Positions 19,620 to 28,380 are shown, counted from the first letter of the stretch. The stretch is DNA of 64,000 nt from Planctomycetota bacterium (GCA_039045975.1 JBCCJA010000005.1:15009-79008), one strand, 5' to 3'. The notes: generated by a model from the sequence alone, not told the origin. Numbers and translations: made by a program.

Positions 19620-21974
19620 TCAGTCGGCCGCCTGCTGCGGATAAACGAGCAGGCGGTCATGAATTAAGAGCACGAGATCGGCTAAGCCGTCCCCCGTCAC
19701 GTCGGCGATCGCAGACTCCCGCGGTTCCATACCGCGGCCGCCCTCACGCGAAAAACTCTTCTCCTCGAAGAGTCTCCAACTGACGGCGGCCCGCGCCCCG
19801 GCCCGCGGGTCGACGTCGAGCACGCGGACCTCATTATCACGCCCGTCGAACAACGCGACGTCGATATAGCCGTCGCCGTTCAAATCGCCCGCGACCGAGT
19901 CGAAGTAAAAGACGTCCTCGTCGGCCGGGTCGTACCCGGTGACCGGTGTGAGCGTCGGCCCGCCCCGGCCGCTGTAGAGCACCGCGAGGCTCCCTTCGCC
20001 GATCAACAGCACATCGTCGCACGCGTCCCCGTCGAGATCGACCGCCGCCGAGCCGACGACCGAAAACCCGCCCAGCTCGATGTCCCGCCATACCTCGTAG
20101 CTGTCCGCGCCCCGACGCTGCAACGACACACGGCCCGAGCCGCGGTCGACGACCGCCACCTCAGGCGGGCCGCCCGCCCCGTCGAAGTCGCCAGGCACGA
20201 TCACGCGGTAATCGGTGCCCGAACGCCCGTTGATCTGCTCCGCGACCTCCCAACCTTCGGCCGTCAGTTGCAGCACCCGCGCGAACGCCCCGCCGGCGAT
20301 GTAAACCGGCGACGACGCATACGAAGCCCCGAGCAACGCGACCGCCTCGGGATCGACCGTCCCCGGGCCGATCCCCCGCGACATCACTTCGAACACCGAT
20401 TTGGCGGCGTCGCCGCCGTCCGGTTCTCCGGAGACGATCGTCACGATCTCCCGGCCGCGGCCGGCGATCGCCAACAGGTCGTCGTCGCCGTCGCCGTCCA
20501 GATCGCGGACCAGCAACCGTCGCGGGTCGGTCTCCAGCGGCAGGTCCTCGGTCAGCCGCACGACGTCCCACGCGTCGCCGTCGTCCCGATAACTTTTGAC
20601 GTCGTACTTGCGGCTCCGGCCGGAGCCGAACGCGGTCAACACGACCAGCCGGCCCTCCGCCGTCGCCAGGGAAATCGGCGACAGCCGCTCGTCCGGCATG
20701 CCCGGCAGCGGCTGCGGGAACTCGAGCCAATCGCCTGCCAAGCGGCTGATCCCAACGACCCGCTCCTTCCCGCTCAGCACCGCGAGCTCGTCGACGCCGT
20801 CCCCGTCGACATCACACGCCGCGAGCCCTTCGACGCCGAGCAGACTCGGAAAACTCTCCGCCGGCCCGAGCCCGCCACCTGCCCCGGGCCCGCGTTGCCG
20901 GAACAGCGTCACCTTCGCCCCTTCGCCGTCCCCGATCGCGACGTCGGCACGCCCGTCGCCGTCGAAATCGCCGACCGCCCACCCGACCTTCTTCGAGGCC
21001 CCGCCCGAAAATCCGTACCGCACGAACCGCGGCTCGGCGGAGTCGTCTTTTGCCGACGGCTTTTCGGACGCGAACGTCACCCGATCGGCCGACCAACGGC
21101 CCGACCTCGACGCGATCGTCAGCACTTCGGCCCCATCACCGCCGCCGATATCGGCGATCGTCAGCGACCGCGGCGACCGTACCGCGAACCGGCGTTCCGG
21201 ACCGAGACGCCCTTCGCCGTCGGCCCGCCGCACGCAGAACGCGTAATCCTCGTCCGCGTCGTCGAGGTAACACAGCTCGTCACGGCCGTCCCCGTCGAGG
21301 TCGCCGCCGGTCATCAGCCCGACGTCGGCGACACCGATCGGCACTTCCGCCGCGACCGCCAACGTCCGGTCGTCGGCACAGGCCACGACGAGAAAGTTCG
21401 ACTCGCCCCGCACGACGAGTTCCGCCGCCCCGTCGCCGTCGAGGTCGGCCGCGGCCAACGCCCCGGCCGAGTCGCCCGCCCCGTCCAGGCGGACCCGACG
21501 CGTCCAACGGAACGTCGCCGTGTCCCGCTTCCGGGCGAACGGGCCGCCCGACACGACGAGCGAACCGCCGTCGTCGAGCCGGGCCAGATCGGCCACGCCG
21601 TCACCGTCGAAATCGCCCGTCGCCGTCGCCCGCACGCGGCGGTCGACCGACAGGCCCGCCCGTCGGAAGCGACCCAGCGATTCCGCCTCGTTCACGTCGC
21701 GGTCGGCATCTTGTTCCGACGCGGCGGCCCGGACGTAGATCTCGATCCGGCTCTTGCCGTTCTCGGTCACCGCGATCTCGGACACGCCGTCGCCGTCCAG
21801 ATCGACGACCCGCAGATCGGCCGCACGCCGTGACAGCTTCAGCACCTCGATCGGGTCGAAGCCGTAATAGCCCGATAACTCTTCGTCAGCCCCGAGAGAC
21901 GACCCGTCGCAAACCGCCGTCGCCACACACAGACACGCCAGCGACGAACGGAAAACAAACCTCGGTCGTGACAT
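19620..21974 (-). CDS. FG-GAP/VCBS repeat protein, secreted
   Basis: Many DLDGDG/GDFDGDG calcium-binding repeat cores are present (VVDLDGDGVSEI, TGDFDGDGVADL, AADLDGDGAAEL, and others). Signal-like MSRPRFVFRSSLACLCVATAVC at the internal ATG 21974. Confidence 0.8.
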   Translation of the reverse strand: MSRPRFVFRSSLACLCVATAVCDGSSLGADEELSGYYGFDPIEVLKLSRRAADLRVVDLDGDGVSEIAVTENGKSRIEIYVRAAASEQDADRDVNEAESLGRFRRAGLSVDRRVRATATGDFDGDGVADLARLDDGGSLVVSGGPFARKRDTATFRWTRRVRLDGAGDSAGALAAADLDGDGAAELVVRGESNFLVVACADDRTLAVAAEVPIGVADVGLMTGGDLDGDGRDELCYLDDADEDYAFCVRRADGEGRLGPERRFAVRSPRSLTIADIGGGDGAEVLTIASRSGRWSADRVTFASEKPSAKDDSAEPRFVRYGFSGGASKKVGWAVGDFDGDGRADVAIGDGEGAKVTLFRQRGPGAGGGLGPAESFPSLLGVEGLAACDVDGDGVDELAVLSGKERVVGISRLAGDWLEFPQPLPGMPDERLSPISLATAEGRLVVLTAFGSGRSRKYDVKSYRDDGDAWDVVRLTEDLPLETDPRRLLVRDLDGDGDDDLLAIAGRGREIVTIVSGEPDGGDAAKSVFEVMSRGIGPGTVDPEAVALLGASYASSPVYIAGGAFARVLQLTAEGWEVAEQINGRSGTDYRVIVPGDFDGAGGPPEVAVVDRGSGRVSLQRRGADSYEVWRDIELGGFSVVGSAAVDLDGDACDDVLLIGEGSLAVLYSGRGGPTLTPVTGYDPADEDVFYFDSVAGDLNGDGYIDVALFDGRDNEVRVLDVDPRAGARAAVSWRLFEEKSFSREGGRGMEPRESAIADVTGDGLADLVLLIHDRLLVYPQQAAD

Positions 21975-23466
21975 CGTCGCTCTCGCTAACGCCGAACTTA
22001 TCCAAACGCATGGTAACGCCGCCGTCCCCGACGGCCGAAACCGCCGCTTGAGTTTCGCCCTCCGGAGACGCCGGCGGCTCAAGTTCGGGGAACAGACCGG
22101 TCTGAAACAGGATCAGCACGTACAACGCGATCTCGATCATCTGCACGAGCAGGATCGTCCCCCCGAGCTTCAAGAACTCCGGCCAGCCGACCGACACCCC
22201 GGCCTCTTTCTTCAGCGTGTAGAGCGCGATCACGCAGCTGATCGACCCGATCGGCGTCCCGTTGCCGCCGAGGTTGCACGCCAACACCAGCGTCCACCAC
22301 AACGGCTCGTCGGGCACGCCCGAGGCGATCAGGTCTTTCGTGATCGGGATCAGCGTCGCGGCGACGGGGATGTTGTCGACGATCGCCGACGCGACCGCGC
22401 TGAAGACCGTCAACAACGGCACGAGCACGACGACGTTCCCGGCCGACAGCGCCGCGACCTGCTCCGCCAACCACGCGAGCGCCCCCGTCGCCTGCACACA
22501 GCCGATGATCAGGAACAGGCCGAGGAAGAACAGGATCACCGTCCAGTTCACCTTCGCGATCGCGTCCTCGACGCCCTTCGACGTGAACGGCTCCCGTCCC
22601 GCGACGAGCAACGCCAGCGTCCCGCCCGCCATCGCCACGAAGTCGACCCCGACGCCGAGCGAATTCGCCGCCGCGAAACCGGTCACCGTCAGGCCCAGCA
22701 CGACCGCCGAGCGGACCAGCATCGACCGGCTCTCGATGACCGACCACGGGTCGAACGCGTCGACCTTCGCCGCCAACTCGGCCCGCACCTCCGCCGGCTG
22801 CGACCACGCGATGTCGTTCGCGAACTGCCACCGCAACAACGCGATCGCCGTCACCGCGGACAGCACCGCGAACGGCAGTGAGACTTCCAAGAACTGGACG
22901 TACGGGATCTCCGCCGCCGTCCCGATCATGATGTTCGGCAGGCCGCTGGCGAACGTCGCGATCGCCCCGCTGTTCGCACAGATCGCGACCGACAGCATGT
23001 ACGGCTTCGGGTCGTAATCGAGCGTCTTGCAGATCACGAGCGTCAGCGAGCCGAGGATCAGCATCGCCGGGACGATCGTCAGCACGGCCACGAACAAGAA
23101 CGTCAGCCCGCACAGCGCGAAGTACAGCGTCGAAGCCCGCCCCCGCGTCGCCCGTACGATCGACAAGCCGAGGAAATGAAACAGCCCGCTCCGGCCCGTC
23201 ACGTCGACGAGGATCCCGGTGCCGATGATGACCCCGAAGATGTTCAGATCGTGTTCGATGATCCGGTAGACCTGTCCGTACTCGAACAGGCCGAGCCCGA
23301 GCGCAGTCGTCACGAGCACGACCGCCCCGCACAACGCCGCGACCGTCTTATGGAAGCGGTCGGCCGCCACGCCGACGAATGTCAGCAGCATCCCGACCGC
23401 GAACACGGTCATGACCCAAGCCGGTGACTCCCCGGCGGCTTCCGCGGCGGCCAAACACGGCGACAT
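21886..23466 (-). CDS. ArsB/NhaD (SLC13/CitMHS-like) permease family transporter
   Basis: Polytopic hydrophobic protein. FGVIIGTGILVD, ICANSGAIATFASGLPNIMIG and ACNLGGNGTPIGS are hairpin-loop motifs typical of this ion-transporter superfamily. Confidence 0.8.
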   Translation of the reverse strand: MSPCLAAAEAAGESPAWVMTVFAVGMLLTFVGVAADRFHKTVAALCGAVVLVTTALGLGLFEYGQVYRIIEHDLNIFGVIIGTGILVDVTGRSGLFHFLGLSIVRATRGRASTLYFALCGLTFLFVAVLTIVPAMLILGSLTLVICKTLDYDPKPYMLSVAICANSGAIATFASGLPNIMIGTAAEIPYVQFLEVSLPFAVLSAVTAIALLRWQFANDIAWSQPAEVRAELAAKVDAFDPWSVIESRSMLVRSAVVLGLTVTGFAAANSLGVGVDFVAMAGGTLALLVAGREPFTSKGVEDAIAKVNWTVILFFLGLFLIIGCVQATGALAWLAEQVAALSAGNVVVLVPLLTVFSAVASAIVDNIPVAATLIPITKDLIASGVPDEPLWWTLVLACNLGGNGTPIGSISCVIALYTLKKEAGVSVGWPEFLKLGGTILLVQMIEIALYVLILFQTGLFPELEPPASPEGETQAAVSAVGDGGVTMRLDKFGVSESDDVTTEVCFPFVAGVSVCGDGGLRRVVSRG

Positions 23467-23708
23467 CGACGACCTCTGTCGGAGACTGCACTCCCGCGAA
23501 CGCTAGCGGCTCGCGGTCGGACCGACAAAGCCCGCATGACCCGGAAAATCAGATTTCCGTAGCCCGGCCGATCGACGCGACGCGGCGAGCCAACAAAGAC
23601 GCCCGATCAGGGAAAACCCTGGCTTTCTTAAATGATGAGGGTTCGACTTCGGCCCGCGTCGACGGCCGGCTACCCTCGCAGTAATCGAATTTGTCAAAGG
23701 CCGTTCAG

Positions 23709-24356
23709 ATGACACGTCGCATCATGATCGTCGACGATCATCCGGTCGTCCGCGAGGGGCTCTGCCAGCTCATCACGCAGCAACCCGATCTCGAAGTCTG
23801 CTCCGAAGCCGAGTCGGTCGCCGGGGCCTTCCGGGCCTACATGAACTCGACGCCCGACCTCGTGATCATCGATCTGTCGCTCAGCGACGGCAGCGGCATC
23901 GAACTGATCAAAGAGATCAAGGCACGCAACGAGCACGCCCGCATGCTGGTCACCAGCATGCACGACGAGACGCTCTTCGCCGAACGCGTCCTCCGGGCCG
24001 GTGCGAAGGGCTATGTCAGTAAGCAGGAGCCGACGACCAATCTGCTCGACGCGATCCGCCAGGTCCTCGAAGGCCGCGTCTACCTCAGTTCCACAATGTC
24101 GGACCAGATGCTGCACCGCATGGTCGCCGGGGCCGACATCTCCGAGCAGTCGCCGATCGACAGCCTGTCGGACCGCGAGCTCGAAGTCTTCGAAATGATC
24201 GGCCAGGGCCTCACGACACGGGAGATCGCGACGAAGCTCGACCTCAGCCCGAAGACGGTCGAGACCTACCGCGAGAACATCAAAGCGAAGCTCAACCTTG
24301 CCAACGGCACCGCCCTGACGCGGCACGCCGTCCAGTGGCTACTCGAGAGCACCTGA
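23709..24356 (+). CDS. NarL/FixJ-type response regulator (canonical receiver plus LuxR HTH)
   Basis: Receiver residues are intact: IVDDHP, DLVIIDLSLSDGSG, LVTSMHD, GYVSKQE. HTH: LSDRELEVFEMIGQGLTTREIATKLDLSPKTVETYRENIKAKL. Confidence 0.9.
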   Translation: MTRRIMIVDDHPVVREGLCQLITQQPDLEVCSEAESVAGAFRAYMNSTPDLVIIDLSLSDGSGIELIKEIKARNEHARMLVTSMHDETLFAERVLRAGAKGYVSKQEPTTNLLDAIRQVLEGRVYLSSTMSDQMLHRMVAGADISEQSPIDSLSDRELEVFEMIGQGLTTREIATKLDLSPKTVETYRENIKAKLNLANGTALTRHAVQWLLEST

Positions 24357-24385
24357 TCTGTCCGCGTGAGGATCTGCGTCCGACA

Positions 24386-24565
24386 CTAGGCGCTTGCGGC
24401 CTCTTCGGACCGTTTACGGGCGGAACATTCGGCACGATCGATCGGGACGCTCCGTGGGGCGTCGAAACCGAGAACGACGCGTCCCCCTTCTATTCGGACG
24501 ACTTTCACCGAAATCGCGTCGTCAACTAGCACCGCCTCACCCCGCTTCCGTGACAATACAAGCAT
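24386..24565 (-). CDS. csrA: Carbon storage regulator / translational repressor CsrA (59 aa)
   Basis: Below the 60-aa track threshold. Manual translation gives MLVLSRKRGEAVLVDDAISVKVVRIEGGRVVLGFDAPRSVPIDRAECSARKRSEEAASA, which fits the CsrA consensus (MLvLsRK.gE.i.I.d.I.v.V..i.g..VrlGi.AP..v.i.R.E). AAGGA lies 8 nt upstream of the ATG. Confidence 0.85.
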   Translation of the reverse strand: MLVLSRKRGEAVLVDDAISVKVVRIEGGRVVLGFDAPRSVPIDRAECSARKRSEEAASA

Positions 24566-24773
24566 CGGTCCGTCCTTAACCTTGGGTCGGCCGGCGGCCG
24601 ACGCGCCGAAACTGCATCGACATGCCTCGCCGTACCACGAGCAGGCGCTTTACGCCCGATCTCGCGATTTCAGTACATGTCGGGCGGGCGTCCGCACCTA
24701 GGGGGCTAACCTTGGGCTGGCCTATGGGGCTTTCACCGCGCCGCGTGTTTTGTCGCGAAGACCGGGCGCACTC

Positions 24774-25820
24774 TTAAGAACCGACGAACTCGGCGTGCAG
24801 CGACCGCGCCCGGGCCACGTCTTCGGTCCCGTGCACGATCGTCCGGCCGTCACGAAAGACCGTAAATTCGTAGCGGGCAGGGCCGACGTCACGGGCGAAA
24901 CGGACCCAGTGACGGGTCGCCGTCACGCCGTCCGGTCCCGAGATCCGCTGCGTAAAAATCGGGAACGAGAACGGCATCTCCGCGTCGGCGGCGACCTGCA
25001 CCGCGTTCCGCCCGCATAGCACGGTCGAAGACGATCCCCGGCGTTCTTCGAGCCAGTCACGCCGCCCGCGGCACGCCGGGCAGTCAGGGTCGGGCCCGCC
25101 GACATCGATCAGGTTCACCCGCGGCTGCCAGCAGTCGACGACCGCCAGCGTCGGCGTGACCGCAAGACGACCCGCCGCGAGCACCTTGAGGGCCTGTGCC
25201 GCCGCGAGCGACGCGATCACACCCACCGCCGGCCCGATCACCCCCGCCGTGTCACAGGTCGGCCCGTCACCGGCCGCGGGCGGCTCCGGCATCAGGCACC
25301 GCAGGCACGCCGTCCGGCCGGGATCGATCGCGAGCACCTGCCCCTCGGCCCCGAGCACGCCGGCGAAGACCCACGGCAAGTCGAACTCGTGGGCGGCGTC
25401 ATTCAATAAGTAACGCGTCTCGAAATTGTCGGTCCCGTCGAGGATCAGGTCGACGTCAGCGGCCAAATCGCGGACCACTGACGCCGTCACGTCGACGACG
25501 TGCGGCTCGACCCGGCAGGCCGAATTGATCGCCGACAGCCGCTCCGCGGCCGCGACCGCTTTCGGAATCGATGCCGTCGCGTCGGCCTCCGTGAACAACG
25601 TCTGCCGCGGCAGGTTCGACGCCTCGACGATGTCCCGGTCGGCCAGCCGCAACGTCCCGACGCCGGCCCGCACGAGCGATTCCGCCAGGACCGAACCGAG
25701 CGCCCCGCAACCACACAGAAAAACCCGAGCGCCGGCGATCCGACGTTGACCGTCGACACCGACCGGTCCGAACCGGGTCTGCTTCAAATAGCGGGCGGCG
25801 TCGAACGGAGTTTCTGACAT
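24774..25820 (-). CDS. ThiF/MoeB/HesA-family adenylyltransferase (E1-like) with a ~90-aa C-terminal domain
   Basis: RVFLCGCGALGSVLAESLVRAGVGTLRLADRDIVEASNLPRQTLF (Rossmann/ATP motif), the CLRC...CPAC zinc cysteines, and the C-terminal FRDGRTIVHGTEDVARARSLH as in long MoeB-type proteins. Confidence 0.85.
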   Translation of the reverse strand: MSETPFDAARYLKQTRFGPVGVDGQRRIAGARVFLCGCGALGSVLAESLVRAGVGTLRLADRDIVEASNLPRQTLFTEADATASIPKAVAAAERLSAINSACRVEPHVVDVTASVVRDLAADVDLILDGTDNFETRYLLNDAAHEFDLPWVFAGVLGAEGQVLAIDPGRTACLRCLMPEPPAAGDGPTCDTAGVIGPAVGVIASLAAAQALKVLAAGRLAVTPTLAVVDCWQPRVNLIDVGGPDPDCPACRGRRDWLEERRGSSSTVLCGRNAVQVAADAEMPFSFPIFTQRISGPDGVTATRHWVRFARDVGPARYEFTVFRDGRTIVHGTEDVARARSLHAEFVGS

Positions 25821-25952
25821 ATCGGCGATGATTTCTCGAACGCAGTCTCAAACAGTCCGCGGGCAAGATCAAACAGTCACCCTCGGCACTTTTGAGACAC
25901 CACGCCGACGGCCATCGTCCGGGGCATTCTTGTGTCCGGCGAAGGCCCATCC

Positions 25953-26336
25953 ATGTCGACCGTCGACAAAGACCGCGTGAAGATCGTCCTGCCCCGCAGC
26001 GGCAGCGACAGCTTCTGGGCGACCGTCCACGACCACTACGCCGGCGAAGACAAGCTGCTGTGGAAACGGCTCGCGATGCTCGCGCTGCGGGAGAACGCAG
26101 GCTGGCCGCTCGACCGCATCGGCGACGTATTCGGCCACCACAAAGGCCACGTCCAACGCTCGATCGAGAAGACGAAGGCCGACATGCGGGACCGCTTCAA
26201 AGCGTCGCCCGAATTCCTCGACCTCGACGGCCCAGACACGCCCATGCCCGACACGCCGACGCACGAAGGCCCGCGAAACGGACCGCCGCGTGACGACGTC
26301 CGCTCGTCCGACCCCCGCCGCGGGGGCCGCCGATGA
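25953..26336 (+). CDS. Small hypothetical protein with a sigma-70 region-4-like HTH
   Basis: GWPLDRIGDVFGHHKGHVQRSIEKTKADMRDRF looks like an HTH. Good GC3. The stop overlaps the ParB-like start (ATGA). The function is not established. Confidence 0.45.
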   Translation: MSTVDKDRVKIVLPRSGSDSFWATVHDHYAGEDKLLWKRLAMLALRENAGWPLDRIGDVFGHHKGHVQRSIEKTKADMRDRFKASPEFLDLDGPDTPMPDTPTHEGPRNGPPRDDVRSSDPRRGGRR

Positions 26337-26905
26337 ACCTGCGAGACATCCCGCTCGAACGCCTCAAGCCGGCCCCATACAACCCCCGCGTGTCGCTGAG
26401 GCCGGGCGACCCCGGCTACGAGCGACTCGCCCGCTCACTCGCCGAGTTCGACCTCGTCGAACCCCTCGTCTGGAACGAACGGACGGGTCACGTCGTCGGG
26501 GGCCACCAGCGGCTCGCGATCTTAAAAAACGACGGCGCGACGTCGGCCCCCTGTGTCGTCGTCGACCTCGACGACGAACGGGAGCGGGCGCTCAACGTCG
26601 CGCTCAATAACGAACGCGTCGGCGGCGACTGGGACCCGGTCAGACTCGTCGACCTGCTCGCCGAACTGGGCGACGTCCCCGACTTCGACGCGACGCTGAC
26701 CGGCTTCGACGCCGACGAACTCGCCGACCTCGTCCTCGCCCCACCGCCCGAATCGTTACCGGACCAGACGGACGAAGAAGTCGCCGACGTCGTCCGCGTC
26801 GCACTCCAAATCTCCCCGACCGCCTGGGAGGCCGTCCGGGCCGACCTCGACGCGCTCGTCGCGAGGCACCGGCTGACCCCGCGGATCACTCTCCCGGATC
26901 ATTAA
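26333..26905 (+). CDS. ParB-like nuclease (ParB/Srx N-terminal) domain protein
   Basis: IPLERLKPAPYNPR...LARSLAEFDLVEPLVWNERTGHVVGGHQRLAIL matches the ParBc pattern (i....l.p...NPR ... dG.HRl.A). There is no C-terminal ParB dimerisation or HTH region. Confidence 0.75.
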   Translation: MNLRDIPLERLKPAPYNPRVSLRPGDPGYERLARSLAEFDLVEPLVWNERTGHVVGGHQRLAILKNDGATSAPCVVVDLDDERERALNVALNNERVGGDWDPVRLVDLLAELGDVPDFDATLTGFDADELADLVLAPPPESLPDQTDEEVADVVRVALQISPTAWEAVRADLDALVARHRLTPRITLPDH

Positions 26906-26911
26906 TTGAGA

Positions 26912-26954
26912 CCCCCTCTCCCCCGCCCCGGGGGAGAGGGCCGGGGTGAGGGGG
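26912..26954. repeat. REP-like hairpin element, copy B (type 2)
   Basis: CCCTCTCCCCC-GCCCC-GGGGGAGAGGG (26914-26940, 11-bp stem) is followed by CCGGGGTGAGGGGG. It is nearly the reverse complement of the copy at 53381. Confidence 0.7.
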
Positions 26955-27051
26955 CCACAACGGCGCTCCCAGACACGGCCGCCGGTCCATCCGACTTCAG
27001 GACGACCGATCGCCTCCCGCAACGACCAATTAAATTCCCGAAAGACAGCCG

Positions 27052-28380
27052 GTGAGCATCACTCTCGATTTATCAGTCCGCTACCGCTTCCGACCCGCCA
27101 CGCCGTCCTCACACGTCGCGTTGCTCACCGATCACTTCGGAGTCGGTGAAGACACCGCCGAACACGTCATCGCCGACAACCTCCGGCTCGACCTCGACGC
27201 GACCGACGTCGTCTTCTTCAGCGGCCCCAGCGGCTCAGGCAAGTCGAGCCTGCTGCGGGCCGCCGTCGGAGAACTCGGCCGGCGGGACGCGACCATCGTC
27301 GCGGCCGAAGACGTCGTCTTGCCCGAATGTCCGCTCATCGACGGGCTCGGCCTGCCGTTCGACGACGCCCTCGCGCTGCTCACGTCGTGCGGGCTCGCCG
27401 AGCCGCAGGTCCTGCTCCGCACGCCGCGTGAACTCTCCGACGGCCAGCGGTTCCGCTACCGACTGGCGGTCGCCGTAGCCGGGCTGCGGTCGTTGCCGGC
27501 CGGAACAATCCGATTCGTATCGGTCGACGAATTCACCGCGACCCTCGACCGCACACTCGCGCGGGTCGTCGCCTTCAACCTCGGCCGACTCGCCCGCCGC
27601 GAGGGCTTCGGCGTCCTCGCCGCGACGACGCACGAAGACGTCGCCGACGACCTCGCCCCGTCGGTCCGCGTCCGCTGCGACCTCGACGGGACGCCCGTCG
27701 TCGACCGGCAAGACGTAAAAAAAAAACGCGCCGTCGGCTTCCTCTGCGACCTCGAAGTCACGACCGGCTCGCGACGCGACTGGCCGTATTTCGCTCGGTG
27801 GCATTACCGCGGACACGACATCGGGCTCAGCCGCTTCGTGACGGTCCTTTGGCACGCCGACCGCCCGGTCGGGGTCTGCGTCTTCACCGTCCCGCCGCTG
27901 TCGTTGGCGCAACGGAACCGGTTTTTCCGGAGGACCGGGCGGTGGTCGCGGGTCTCGATCCGGGCGATGAACGCCCAGCTCGCGCACCTGTCACGCGTCG
28001 TCCTGCACCCCGCTTATCGCGGGGCCGGCATCGCCGCACGGTTCGTCCGCGTCTCCTGCCGGGCCGCCCCGTACCCGTGGATCGAGTCACTCGCCGCGAT
28101 GGGCCGGCTGCATCCGTTCCTCGAACGGGCCGGCTTCGTCCGCGTCGGACCGTCGCGGGCGTGGCGGAAAGACCGGGCCGGCCATTCCGCGATCTACGGC
28201 GTCCCGCAGAAACGAACCGATGCCCCGCAAGTCACCCGACCCGACGAAATCCGACGCCGCCCGCGAAAGCGGCTCGTCTCGGCCGAAACGTTCGCCAAAA
28301 GCCTCCACGCCCGCCCGGTCTACTTCGTCTTCGACAACCGCGAGTCGTTCCGGTCCCGACGCGAACGCCCGCCGACGTGA
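27052..28380 (+). CDS. Soluble ABC-type ATPase fused to a GNAT-like acetyltransferase domain
   Basis: Walker A FFSGPSGSGKSSLL, ABC signature LSDGQRFRYRLA, Walker B IRFVSVDEFTATLD, H-loop LAATTHED. C-terminal half: LSRVVLHPAYRGAGIAARFV, resembling the GNAT acetyl-CoA-binding block (Q/R-x-x-G-x-G/A). GTG start. Confidence 0.7.
   Translation: MSITLDLSVRYRFRPATPSSHVALLTDHFGVGEDTAEHVIADNLRLDLDATDVVFFSGPSGSGKSSLLRAAVGELGRRDATIVAAEDVVLPECPLIDGLGLPFDDALALLTSCGLAEPQVLLRTPRELSDGQRFRYRLAVAVAGLRSLPAGTIRFVSVDEFTATLDRTLARVVAFNLGRLARREGFGVLAATTHEDVADDLAPSVRVRCDLDGTPVVDRQDVKKKRAVGFLCDLEVTTGSRRDWPYFARWHYRGHDIGLSRFVTVLWHADRPVGVCVFTVPPLSLAQRNRFFRRTGRWSRVSIRAMNAQLAHLSRVVLHPAYRGAGIAARFVRVSCRAAPYPWIESLAAMGRLHPFLERAGFVRVGPSRAWRKDRAGHSAIYGVPQKRTDAPQVTRPDEIRRRPRKRLVSAETFAKSLHARPVYFVFDNRESFRSRRERPPT

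Noticed and set aside
24335-24579. Two plus-strand track ORFs of 64 and 61 aa.
   Set aside because: They are antisense to a minus-strand frame that encodes a textbook CsrA sequence with a Shine-Dalgarno site.
24774-25820. The ThiF/E1-like gene next to the terminase cassette, considered as part of a ubiquitin-like conjugation defence system (Bil- or CBASS-type accessory).
   Set aside because: No E2-like, JAB/DUB or ubiquitin-like gene is adjacent. The gene is on the opposite strand from the cassette. Its C-terminal FRDGRTIVHGT...-type domain fits long MoeB-type housekeeping adenylyltransferases.
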